This document shows positions 27,350 through 38,296 of a DNA stretch of 60,519 bases, in pieces (position 1 is the stretch's first letter; each line of letters opens with the position of its first letter). Source of the stretch: Planctomycetota bacterium (lineage in GTDB: Bacteria; Planctomycetota; UBA11346); NCBI GenBank assembly GCA_038229115.1, contig JBBROQ010000001.1, positions 1 to 60,519 of the forward strand, written 5' to 3'. Both the position numbers and the translations under genes were made by a program. The notes below the pieces were generated by a model that was not told where the DNA came from, ran no database searches, and was given only the letters and a program-made list of their open reading frames with translations.

Positions 27350-27772
27350 TATTACGATTAGAATGCCAATGCCGCAGGAAATAAAAGCGTTCCTCGCGTG
27401 TTATCCAATTTCCAAAAAGTAGTTATCGTCTTTTATTCGGGTCATTTGGGTCTGTCCAACGACAAAGATCACAGTGGCCGGCCAAACAAGCTAGCTGAAA
27501 TAGAAGCAAGTATGTTACGAACTCCTGTGCATCACCTCGTTGGACCGCAATTTTATTGTTTAAAGACACCATATTTGTATTACAAGTTTAATTTATTATA
27601 TTTTAAGGAATCATGTACAAAAGATTTCTTAAATAACATCGCTGCGCTTAGGCAATTTTTATTTACCCCATTTGCTAACATAAAGGCAAGGGGGAATGTG
27701 GCCGAAACAACGCTAGACGCGCTGAGTGCCCATGGGGCAATTGGAAGGGCGGTGGGGGTTGGCGATTCGGCG

Positions 27773-28405
27773 TCACATTCTCCCTTTCAGCGACTGGCTA
27801 GGCTGTTTAATGACTTCAGTTATTATTAATTTTTCTTGCGTACATTTAAGAATATCAGCAATTTCTTTAATTTTCGGCCTAACCCATCGGTGATCTGCGG
27901 TAATTTGCCATAGGATCGGAATGAGCCTGTCCCTGGATTCAATGAATACTACTCTCATTCCCTTTCTGTTCAGTCCATTCTTTGCAGTAAAATACACATC
28001 GCGCAAATTTGATACCTCTGTTATTTCAATTTCATCACCATTGTAACTCGTTAATCTTTCATTTATAATAACATATGGTTTCATGGCGATCTGAGTCTTA
28101 TTAATTCTATGTAATATTACACAGAATGACACAGAGGAAAGCAAAGCGCCAGGGGCAATATAATATAAAGACTCACGATCTTTCCAGTAAACAAGGGCAA
28201 CGATAATAATATAAATAAAGCCCGCCCATACACATGTGGTCTTTATTGGAATTGGCGGCAGATCAATGGATATCGTCCCATCTTGGGTTTTATTGATACG
28301 AACATTTGATGAAATTACAGCGGGCCAAGCTTTGAATTTTAAATATTTTAGGATTTCTTCGCTGTTATTCATTAGCGAAGCCCAACGTGGTGTATCGATT
28401 AACAT
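27773..28405 (-). CDS. hypothetical membrane protein (two TM helices plus a C-terminal soluble domain)
   Basis: 210 aa and AT-rich. TM hairpin CVWAGFIYIIIVALVYW / YYIAPGALLSSVSFCVILH followed by a ~110-aa domain. The architecture is reminiscent of bacterial PH (YdbS/T-like) proteins, but this is a guess. Confidence 0.55.
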   Translation of the reverse strand: MLIDTPRWASLMNNSEEILKYLKFKAWPAVISSNVRINKTQDGTISIDLPPIPIKTTCVWAGFIYIIIVALVYWKDRESLYYIAPGALLSSVSFCVILHRINKTQIAMKPYVIINERLTSYNGDEIEITEVSNLRDVYFTAKNGLNRKGMRVVFIESRDRLIPILWQITADHRWVRPKIKEIADILKCTQEKLIITEVIKQPSQSLKGRM

Positions 28406-28616
28406 AAGTGGATATCATTAGGTCAACTATTTTTATCTTAAATATTGTACGATTGGATTCATCAGAATTTATATTTTCAAGATGTCGGTCCAACATCAGA
28501 GAGCACCGTGACCATGCCCGACTGCCGTGGATCGCGCGGAAATCGTGGGTAGCAATTGGAACGATGGCTAGCGGAGCGTCAAGAACTGAGCGGCGGAACA
28601 GATCCCATCCTGAGCC

Positions 28617-28703
28617 ATTAAACCAGGCTGCCGCGAATTCTTGACCATAGCGGTGGGCGGGAACGAACACGTCATGGGCTCCGGTGCATCGACTTGTTAG
28701 GCC
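28617..28703 (-). repeat. ~90-nt boundary repeat, copy 2 (attC-like candidate: GCCTAAC ... GTTTAAT)
   Basis: Minus strand: GTGGCCTAACAAGTCGATGCACCGGAGCCCATGACGTGT...TTCGCGGCAGCCTGGTTTAAT. The GCCTAAC contains the TAA stop of the 163-aa ORF. Homologous to 17515-17607. Confidence 0.5.
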
Positions 28704-29188
28704 ACTTTTTCTATGATAATTGCATCATTATTGTCTTTATCCAAATATCGTTTTACCATGTAATTCCCATTGGGTCTATTTTTCAACAACAATAAAGTCG
28801 GAGATGAGCCATTAACGCTTTTGATTACATCATGGATTTTAGTTGGTGATCCATCTAATGGGAGTATTGCCAACGTTCCGCTATCTGACCCCAAAGGCCA
28901 ATGATTCGGATTTAATGATTTTCCAGTTATGGAATCACTTGAACCAATAAAAATATCACCCATCGATTCTACAACGGAACCTTCGCTGGTAATATCGACT
29001 ATCACTCCGCGTTTCTCTATAAACTTATAAACGTCGCATTGGTCGTCATTAAAGACATCGTCTAAATTGATAGGATCGCATATTAATATTTTACCATCTT
29101 TAACATTTATCGTTTCGTCACCGAAACCAACGCATGACAATTCTTCTTGTTTATCACATTGTGATATAATATATGTTTTTGTATTCAT
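28697..29188 (-). CDS. hypothetical acidic soluble protein (immunity-protein-like flavour, unassigned)
   Basis: 163 aa and very AT-rich, with no TM segment. It is bracketed by an 11-nt perfect inverted repeat, tgttaggccac (28694-28704) and gtggcctaaca (29191-29201). Confidence 0.6.
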   Translation of the reverse strand: MNTKTYIISQCDKQEELSCVGFGDETINVKDGKILICDPINLDDVFNDDQCDVYKFIEKRGVIVDITSEGSVVESMGDIFIGSSDSITGKSLNPNHWPLGSDSGTLAILPLDGSPTKIHDVIKSVNGSSPTLLLLKNRPNGNYMVKRYLDKDNNDAIIIEKVA

Positions 29189-29193
29189 TTGTG

Positions 29194-29354
29194 GCCTAAC
29201 AGTTTATTAGGCGGTTGTCCGCATTTTCGCTGTTGGCAAGGACTGTGGTCTATTGCATGCCATCATGGCATGCACTGTGGTACACGCGCATGGCAACGTC
29301 AATACTTCGCTCCCTTTCATAGAGAAAACTCGGGAACGACACTGCTGGTTGGCG
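29194..29354 (-). repeat. ~160-nt boundary repeat, copy B (attC-like candidate)
   Basis: The minus strand starts CGCCAAC (29354-29348) and ends GCCTAAT-AAACT-GTTAGGC (29200-29194), 5 nt before the ATG of the 163-aa ORF. It contains the perfect palindrome gcatgccat-c-atggcatgc (29255-29273). About 80% identical to copy A. Confidence 0.6.
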
Positions 29355-29419
29355 AAAGAATTATCTTCCCGTCATTTTATGTCGTGGCTCTGCAAGTCGG
29401 CGCAGGCCGAGTATCGGCG

Positions 29420-31486
29420 TCAGCGTTTCCCGCGTCCCCGCCGGTGACCTTTCGGGCGGCCGCGGGCGGGCGCGGTTTCGGCGGGTGCGCTGCCGTCGGC
29501 TTCGATGCGCTTGATTTGATCGCGTAGGCGGGCGGCTTCTTCGAAGCGCAGTTCTTCGGCGGCGGCGACCATGCGGGTGGTTAGGTCTGCGATGTCGGCA
29601 GTGGTCACGCGCGGGGCATCGCCGCCGGCGTCGTAGCCGCTGCCGGTGGGTTCGGCGACGCGACGGGCTTTGATTTGTTCGGCGAAGGTGTGGGCGGTGT
29701 CTTGCTTGGTCGCGGTGCGCGGGGTGATGCCGTGCTCGGTGTTGTAGGCGATTTGATACGCGCGGCGGCGGTCGGTTTCGCCTAACGCTGCGCGCATCGC
29801 AGCGGATTCGCCGTCGGCGTACAAGATCACTTGGCCGCTGACGTGGCGCGCGGCGCGGCCGATGGTTTGGATCAGCGAGGTCTGCGAGCGCAGGAAGCCT
29901 TCTTTGTCGGCGTCGAAGATCACCACCAACGAAACCTCCGGTAAATCCAGGCCTTCGCGCAGCAGGTTGACGCCGATCAGGCACTGCGTTTCGCCTTGGC
30001 GCAGGGCGTTCAGAATTTCGATGCGCTCGATCGCGTCGATGTCGCTGTGCAGGTACGTGGTGCGCACGCCGGCCTCGCTCAGGAATTCGGCCAGGTCTTC
30101 GGCCAGGCGTTTGGTCAGCGTGGTGACCAACGTGCGTTCGTTGCGCAGGCAGCGCGTGGTGACTTCGCGGATCAGGTCTTCGACTTGGCCGCTGGTCGGA
30201 CGCACGCTGACCGGCGGGTCGATGATGCCGGTCGGGCGCACCAATTGCTCGGCACGCATGGTTTCGTGTTTTGCTTCATAGGCGCCGGGCGTGGCCGAAA
30301 CGAAAACCATCTGTTTTACCAACGTTTCCCATTCAGCGAATTGCAGCGGTCGGTTGTCGAGCGCGCTGGGCAGGCGGAAGCCGTGCTGCACCAGGGTTTC
30401 TTTCCGGCTGCGATCGCCGGCGTACATACCGCCGATTTGCGGGACGGTGACGTGGCTTTCGTCGATCACGCACAGGAAGTCGGGCGGAAAAAAGTCGTAC
30501 AGACAGTACGGTCGCTCGCCGGGTTTGCGGCCGGTCAGATGCCGGGTGTAATTCTCGATGCCGCTGCAATAGCCGACCTCGCGCATCATTTCCAAATCGT
30601 AGAGCGTGCGCGAGCGCAGCCGCTGCGCTTCCAACAGCGCGTTCTGATTCATCAGCTCGCGGTAACGCTCTTCCAGTTCCGCTTCGATGGTCAGACAGGC
30701 GCCGGCCAGGGTTTGTTCTTCGACCACAAAGTGCTTCGCCGGGTAGATGTTCATGCTCTCATGCCGGCCCAGAACTTCGCCGGTAAGCGTGTGCACGGTG
30801 GCGATTTCTTCGACCTCGTCGCCGAAGAACGACACCCGAATCGCGGTGTCGTCATAGGCCGGCCACAGCTCGACCACATCGCCGCGCACCCGGAATTTGC
30901 CGCGTTGGAAGTTCAGATCACCGCGGTTGTATTGGATATTCAGCAGCGACAGCAGGAACGCATTGCGCTCCAAGGCCAAGCCGACGTGCAGCGAGACGGT
31001 CAGATCCTGATACGAATTCGGTGAACCCAGGCCGTAGATCGACGACACCGACGCAACGATTAGGACATCGCGCCGCGACAGCAGCGAGCGCGTTGCTGAC
31101 AAACGCAATTTGTCGATTTCCTCGTTGATTTGCGATTCTTTTTCGATGTAGAGGTCTTTGCCGGGCATATACGCCTCGGGCTGATAATAGTCGTAATAAC
31201 TGACGAAATATTCGACCGCGTTATGCGGGAAGAAGCCTTTGAACTCGCTATACAGCTGCGCCGCGAGGGTCTTGTTGTGACTGAGCACCAGCGTCGGTCG
31301 TTGCAGATTCGCGACCACGTTGGCGATGGTGAAGGTCTTGCCGCTGCCGGTCACGCCCAACAGCGTCGGCGCGCGCTGACCCTCCAGTAAAGCTGCGGTC
31401 AGGGCCGCAATTGCCTGCGGCTGATCGCCCATCGGCGGATAGGGCGCGACCAGTTGGAAACCCGCGGCGGTGTCGAGCGATGGCAT
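29420..31486 (-). CDS. uvrB: excinuclease ABC subunit B
   Basis: MPSLDTAAGFQLVAPYPPMGDQPQAIAAL...LLGVTGSGKTF (Walker A), the helicase motifs and a C-terminal UVR domain (ELRFEEAARLRDQI). I use the ATG at 31486; the track ORF is over-extended to 32209. Confidence 0.95.
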   Translation of the reverse strand: MPSLDTAAGFQLVAPYPPMGDQPQAIAALTAALLEGQRAPTLLGVTGSGKTFTIANVVANLQRPTLVLSHNKTLAAQLYSEFKGFFPHNAVEYFVSYYDYYQPEAYMPGKDLYIEKESQINEEIDKLRLSATRSLLSRRDVLIVASVSSIYGLGSPNSYQDLTVSLHVGLALERNAFLLSLLNIQYNRGDLNFQRGKFRVRGDVVELWPAYDDTAIRVSFFGDEVEEIATVHTLTGEVLGRHESMNIYPAKHFVVEEQTLAGACLTIEAELEERYRELMNQNALLEAQRLRSRTLYDLEMMREVGYCSGIENYTRHLTGRKPGERPYCLYDFFPPDFLCVIDESHVTVPQIGGMYAGDRSRKETLVQHGFRLPSALDNRPLQFAEWETLVKQMVFVSATPGAYEAKHETMRAEQLVRPTGIIDPPVSVRPTSGQVEDLIREVTTRCLRNERTLVTTLTKRLAEDLAEFLSEAGVRTTYLHSDIDAIERIEILNALRQGETQCLIGVNLLREGLDLPEVSLVVIFDADKEGFLRSQTSLIQTIGRAARHVSGQVILYADGESAAMRAALGETDRRRAYQIAYNTEHGITPRTATKQDTAHTFAEQIKARRVAEPTGSGYDAGGDAPRVTTADIADLTTRMVAAAEELRFEEAARLRDQIKRIEADGSAPAETAPARGRPKGHRRGRGKR

Positions 31487-31631
31487 GCCGCCAGCGTTGG
31501 CGCGGGTCGCACGCGGCAAGCACGGCGGCCACACAGCCGCGGGCCGACGACGGCCCCTGCGGTTGTGCCGCAGGCAAGGCCGCCAAACTGCGGCCCTTCT
31601 CCGCGGCAGTTGCTGCACAAAGGAATCCGCC

Positions 31632-32942
31632 ATGGCACCCAGGCCCCCGTCCCGTCGCGATCGCGCGCAATCCTCACGCAAACCAGCATCGAGTTCGGTC
31701 AGTGAAGACGCTGAGATCAGCGATGTCGAGGTCGTGATGCCCGGGCGTACGGATTCGGAAGTTGGCGGCGACGCCTTGGGCGACGACGTGAGCGACGACG
31801 CGCAAGCGATGCCGTCGGATACCGCCACTGCCGATCCGATCTCGTCCGATGCCGAAGTCGGCGCGATCAGCCGCACCCCGCGCCGTGGCGCGGACAAGGC
31901 CGCCAGCAGCACCGGCAGCCAGCGCAGTTCCCGCCGCGACCAACGCGCTGCTTCCTCAGCCAAAAATGATCGCGTGTCGCGCAAGAAAACCGTGGTCTCG
32001 GTGGCGCTGACGCCCGCGCAGCTGAAGCAGCGCGCGGCCGCCCGGCGTTTCGGCCGCAACCTGGCCATCGGCATCGTGCTGCTGATGGTCGGCGCGGTGG
32101 CGCTGTGGTGGTTCGTGCTGCGCATCGACAAGGTCGAGGCCGACGCGATCGGCCGTCTGGCGTCGGTTAACGCCAATGTCAGCACCATCACGCAAAACCT
32201 GCGCAACAAGAACGCGGCTGCCGCCCAGATCGCTTACGATGAAGCGCAGAAGACCCTCGAAGGCCTCGACCCGCAGCAGCGCGTCGAACTGGCGGCGAAA
32301 AAGTCTGAGGTGCTCGAAACCCTCAAGACGCTGAACGAGGAAATCGAGCACGTCCGCCGCGATGAAAGAGTCGCCGGCAACCGGCAACGGCTGCTGGATC
32401 AGTTCGCCAAGCTGCTCGATCCCACCACTGATCTCGACAAGTTGGAAGGCGACGCGAAGAAGTTCCTCGACAATCCGGTCACTGCCGATGGCGCCCGTAG
32501 CGAAGCCTTCGCTACCGACTACGCCGGCGAAGCCAACGCAGTCAAAGTGCAGATGCAGAACCTGGCCAGCGAACGCGTGCGGCGGTTGGCGGCGAGCACC
32601 ACCGATCCGGTGTCGCAGGTGCAGGGCGCCACTGAAAACCTGGTGAAACAGGAGAAATTTGGGGAGGCTTTGGCGATGATCGATGAAACCGCGCGGAAAT
32701 TTCCAGACGCCAAATTGGAGCCGGTCCGCGGCTACGTCACCGAAGCCGCGGCGCAGCAATGGACCGCGGTCGAAGGCTTCATTGCGGCCAAACTGGCCGA
32801 CGTCAACGCGATCGGCTCGACCATCGCCGCGCGCAAATCCGCCGTGGCTCAGGCCCAGGCCCGGTTGAAGTCAGTGATCGACACTTTCGGCATCGAGAGC
32901 TACGTCAGCCAAGCGAAGGCGCTGCTGGCTAAGTTCCCGTAA
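31632..32942 (+). CDS. hypothetical membrane-anchored protein with a disordered acidic/Ser-rich N-terminus and a helical C-terminal domain
   Basis: ATG at 31632 (MAPRPPSRRD), one TM segment (LAIGIVLLMVGAVALWWFVL) and a long predicted-helical periplasmic part. Divergent from uvrB. Confidence 0.65.
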   Translation: MAPRPPSRRDRAQSSRKPASSSVSEDAEISDVEVVMPGRTDSEVGGDALGDDVSDDAQAMPSDTATADPISSDAEVGAISRTPRRGADKAASSTGSQRSSRRDQRAASSAKNDRVSRKKTVVSVALTPAQLKQRAAARRFGRNLAIGIVLLMVGAVALWWFVLRIDKVEADAIGRLASVNANVSTITQNLRNKNAAAAQIAYDEAQKTLEGLDPQQRVELAAKKSEVLETLKTLNEEIEHVRRDERVAGNRQRLLDQFAKLLDPTTDLDKLEGDAKKFLDNPVTADGARSEAFATDYAGEANAVKVQMQNLASERVRRLAASTTDPVSQVQGATENLVKQEKFGEALAMIDETARKFPDAKLEPVRGYVTEAAAQQWTAVEGFIAAKLADVNAIGSTIAARKSAVAQAQARLKSVIDTFGIESYVSQAKALLAKFP

Positions 32943-32971
32943 TCGAACGCCCCGAATAAAGCCGAGCGTCT

Positions 32972-34321
32972 GTGCGTTATTTTCTCTCCGGCATCGCCGG
33001 AGCCGGCATGAATCCGCTGGCGCAATTGCTGCGCGCCTGGGGCCACGACGTGCGCGGTTCTGATCGCGGTTTCGACGTCGGTAACCAACCTGATCTGGCC
33101 GAGCGGCTGCGCGCGCAGGGCGTGATGCTGGTGCCGCAGGACGGCGCGGGCATCACCGCCGATCGCGAACGCTTCGTATGTTCGACCGCGGTCGAGGATG
33201 CGTCGCCGGAAGTGCAGGCCGCGCGCCGGCTGGCCATGCCGATGCTGACGCGGCCTCAGTTGCTGGCCGAAATCGTGAACGCCGCGGCGCCCGGGGTCGC
33301 CATCGCTGGCACCTCGGGCAAAAGTACCGTGACCGGTATGCTGGCCTGGATCCTGCGTCGCGTCGGCCGGCCAACGACCATTTTGGGCGGCGCCGCGTTG
33401 GCGGGCGAAGGCACGGTCGGCGGCGTGGTTGCCGGGCCACAAGGCGGCTTGCTGATCGCCGAGGCGTGCGAGTCCGACGGCACTCTGATCGGCTATCGGC
33501 CGACGTTTGGTTTGGTGCACAACATCAGCCGCGATCACGCCGAGCTGGACGCGTTGACGGTGCAGTTCTCAACCTTCGCCTCCCAATGCGCGACGTTGTT
33601 AGTCAACACCGGCTGTGCGCATGCCGCAGCGTTGGCCAACGAACACTCGCGCGTGATCCGTTACGGAACTGGCGGTCGGGCTGACGTGGTGTTGGAAGTG
33701 ATCGCGGCCGGACCGCACACCGCGCGCGGCGTAATTGCCGCCGATGGTGCGGAAGCGCTGTTAGAGCTGCCGCAGCCTGGCGCGCACAATCTGGAAAACG
33801 CCTGCGCGGCGGTGGCGGTGGCGCGCGCGCTGGGCGTTCCGCTGGCCGCAGCGGTCGGCGCTTTAGCGGATTTCCCCGGTGTATTCCGCCGTTTTCAGGT
33901 GTTGGGCGTCACCGACACCGGCATCCGCGTGGTCGACGATTTTGCCCACAACGGCGAAAAGATCCGCGCCGCGCTGACTGCGGCGCAATCCGGGGCGGAA
34001 CGCGTGCTCGCGATCTTTCAACCGCACGGCTTCGGACCGGCGCGCTTTCTGCGCCCGGAATTACGCACGCTGCTGCCGCGTCTGCTGCGACCGCAGGATC
34101 GCTTTTGTTACGCCGAGATTTTTTACGCCGGCGGCAGCGTGACGCGCGACCTGACCGCGGCCGACATGGCGGCCGATATCGGTGCCGACTGCGCCGCGGA
34201 TCACGCCGAGGTTTTGCGTTGGTGCGCTGAACAGGCGCAGCCCGGCGACACGGTGTTGCTGATGGGCGCGCGCGATCCGGCTTTGCCGCGACTCGCGCAG
34301 GCGTTGGTCGAGCTGTTGTGA
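32972..34321 (+). CDS. Mur-ligase family protein (MurC/Mpl-like paralogue)
   Basis: GIAGAGMNPLAQLLRAWGHDVRGSD (MurC-type N-domain) and P-loop IAGTSGKSTVTGML. It is not in a dcw cluster, so the substrate is unknown. Confidence 0.75.
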   Translation: MRYFLSGIAGAGMNPLAQLLRAWGHDVRGSDRGFDVGNQPDLAERLRAQGVMLVPQDGAGITADRERFVCSTAVEDASPEVQAARRLAMPMLTRPQLLAEIVNAAAPGVAIAGTSGKSTVTGMLAWILRRVGRPTTILGGAALAGEGTVGGVVAGPQGGLLIAEACESDGTLIGYRPTFGLVHNISRDHAELDALTVQFSTFASQCATLLVNTGCAHAAALANEHSRVIRYGTGGRADVVLEVIAAGPHTARGVIAADGAEALLELPQPGAHNLENACAAVAVARALGVPLAAAVGALADFPGVFRRFQVLGVTDTGIRVVDDFAHNGEKIRAALTAAQSGAERVLAIFQPHGFGPARFLRPELRTLLPRLLRPQDRFCYAEIFYAGGSVTRDLTAADMAADIGADCAADHAEVLRWCAEQAQPGDTVLLMGARDPALPRLAQALVELL

Positions 34322-34345
34322 TGTTCCTTTGTTGATTTTTTTTCC

Positions 34346-35593
34346 GTGAACAGCGAACCGCTCGACGAACTGGTCGCCGCGTTGCCCGACGGCGCGGCCT
34401 TCGCCGCCTCGCTTACCGGGCCGTTTCGCCGCGCGCTACGCGTGCATCCACTGCGCGGCCGGCCGAGCGGTTGGGGCGAACTGACGCCGCTGCCGTGGAG
34501 CGCAGGCGGATTTTTTCACGGCCCCGACTGCGATCCGGGCGATCGATTGGATCATCACACCGGCGCGATTTATCCGCAGGACGCGGCCAGTCAGGTGCCG
34601 GTGCTGTTGCTCGCGCCACGGCCGGGCGAAACCATCGTTGACGTGTGCGCGGCGCCGGGGTCGAAGAGCACGCAGATCGGACTGCTGTTGGGCGACGACG
34701 GCCTGCTGTTGTGCTGTGATGCCAGTCCGCAGCGCCGGCGCGTGCTGACCGAAAATCTGGCGCGTCAGGGCATCACCTGCGCGTTGGTGACGCCTATGCC
34801 GGTGGACATGTTGGCGACGCGGCAGCCGGGCTGCGCCGATGGCGTGTTGGTCGACGCGCCGTGCAGCGGCCACGATCTGCGCTCGGCAAAACAAGTCGCG
34901 CGGCAGGCGTCGCGGCAGCTGGATCTGCTGCATCACGCCAGCGTGCTGACGCGGCCGGGCGGGCGCATCGTGTACAGCACCTGCACGCCGTGGCGCGGCG
35001 AGAACGAAGGCGTGGTGCGCGCGTTTCTGGACACGCATGCCGACTGGCGCGTGGAGCGGATGGCGCTGAACGGGGTCGATGCAGATCTCGACGATTTGGG
35101 CGCGGTGCGCCTGTGGCCTCAGCGGCATGGCACCGAGCCGTTTTTTGCCTGCCGATTACGCGCGCCGGGCGATGACCAATACCCATCCACGTCGTTGGTG
35201 GGGCTGCCGCCGCGGCCGGTGTCCATTCCCCACCTGCCGCCCGGATTGCTGGCGTGGGAACGCGGCGCGACGGTGTTCATCGGCACGCCGCAGGTGGGCA
35301 GTTGTGCGCTGCCGTCAGAAGCGCGCGGGCTGATCATCGGCCGGCGCACGGTCGATGGCCTGCGCTATGACGCGTGGGGCGCGCAGGCACTCATCAGTCG
35401 CGGCGCGCCCGCGCACACGGTCACGCATGCCGACGCGCTGCGCCTGTGGGCCGGCGCGGCGGTCGACGCGCTGCCGCCCGCGGGAACTTTTGTGCGCACC
35501 GAACACGGCGCGCCGCTGGGCGTCATCACCGGCGAGGGTGCGCAGGCGCGGCTCGATATGCCAAGCCGCCTGCGCCGCGCGGGCCTCGTCTAA
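34346..35593 (+). CDS. RsmB/RsmF (NOL1/NOP2/Sun) family RNA m5C methyltransferase
   Basis: IYPQDAASQVPVLLL, the SAM motif DVCAAPGSKSTQI, and catalytic-Cys motifs DAPCSG and YSTCT. Confidence 0.85.
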   Translation: MNSEPLDELVAALPDGAAFAASLTGPFRRALRVHPLRGRPSGWGELTPLPWSAGGFFHGPDCDPGDRLDHHTGAIYPQDAASQVPVLLLAPRPGETIVDVCAAPGSKSTQIGLLLGDDGLLLCCDASPQRRRVLTENLARQGITCALVTPMPVDMLATRQPGCADGVLVDAPCSGHDLRSAKQVARQASRQLDLLHHASVLTRPGGRIVYSTCTPWRGENEGVVRAFLDTHADWRVERMALNGVDADLDDLGAVRLWPQRHGTEPFFACRLRAPGDDQYPSTSLVGLPPRPVSIPHLPPGLLAWERGATVFIGTPQVGSCALPSEARGLIIGRRTVDGLRYDAWGAQALISRGAPAHTVTHADALRLWAGAAVDALPPAGTFVRTEHGAPLGVITGEGAQARLDMPSRLRRAGLV

Positions 35594-35614
35594 AACAACG
35601 GTTTTACCCGCTGT

Positions 35615-38296
<2,682 letters not shown>

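Larger units (their letters stand above)
17521..29419. other. AT-rich mosaic accessory island (candidate integrase-less cassette array) between dapF and uvrB
   Basis: Composition drops abruptly after the dapF stop (17518-17520) and after the uvrB stop (29420-29422). The interior ORFs look roughly 35-45% GC by eye against about two-thirds GC in the flanks. Contents are orphan ORFs, a TA pair, pseudogenes and boundary repeats. A GC-rich block at 21.3-24.2 kb is embedded. Confidence 0.75.

Noticed and set aside
27398-27829. 143-aa plus-strand ORF in the spacer between two minus-strand island ORFs
   Set aside because: It overlaps the 3' end of the 210-aa ORF and the in-frame leader of the 132-aa ORF. 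It has no RBS-like sequence or recognisable domain, and its orientation opposes every neighbouring ORF.
28365-28670. 101-aa minus-strand ORF (MFVPAHRYGQEF...) that I first took for a GC-rich gene fragment
   Set aside because: Its GC-rich part coincides with the ~90-nt boundary repeat homologous to 17515-17607, which is non-coding beside dapF. It also overlaps the start of the 210-aa ORF. I recognise no family.
17521-29419. Search for an integrase, transposase, tRNA/tmRNA or flanking long direct repeats that would define a classical genomic island or integron platform
   Set aside because: No ORF in the track or in my manual reading shows tyrosine/serine recombinase or DDE motifs, and no cloverleaf-like tRNA sequence is visible at either boundary. 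The island is therefore described as integrase-less rather than as a complete integron or ICE.
31487-32209. 241-aa N-terminal extension of the uvrB ORF in the track (29420..32209)
   Set aside because: The conserved UvrB sequence starts at the ATG at 31486 (MPSLDTAAGFQLVAPYPP...). The extension is Arg/Ser/Ala-rich, is antisense to a better ORF (31632..32942), and is typical of open antisense frames in GC-rich DNA.
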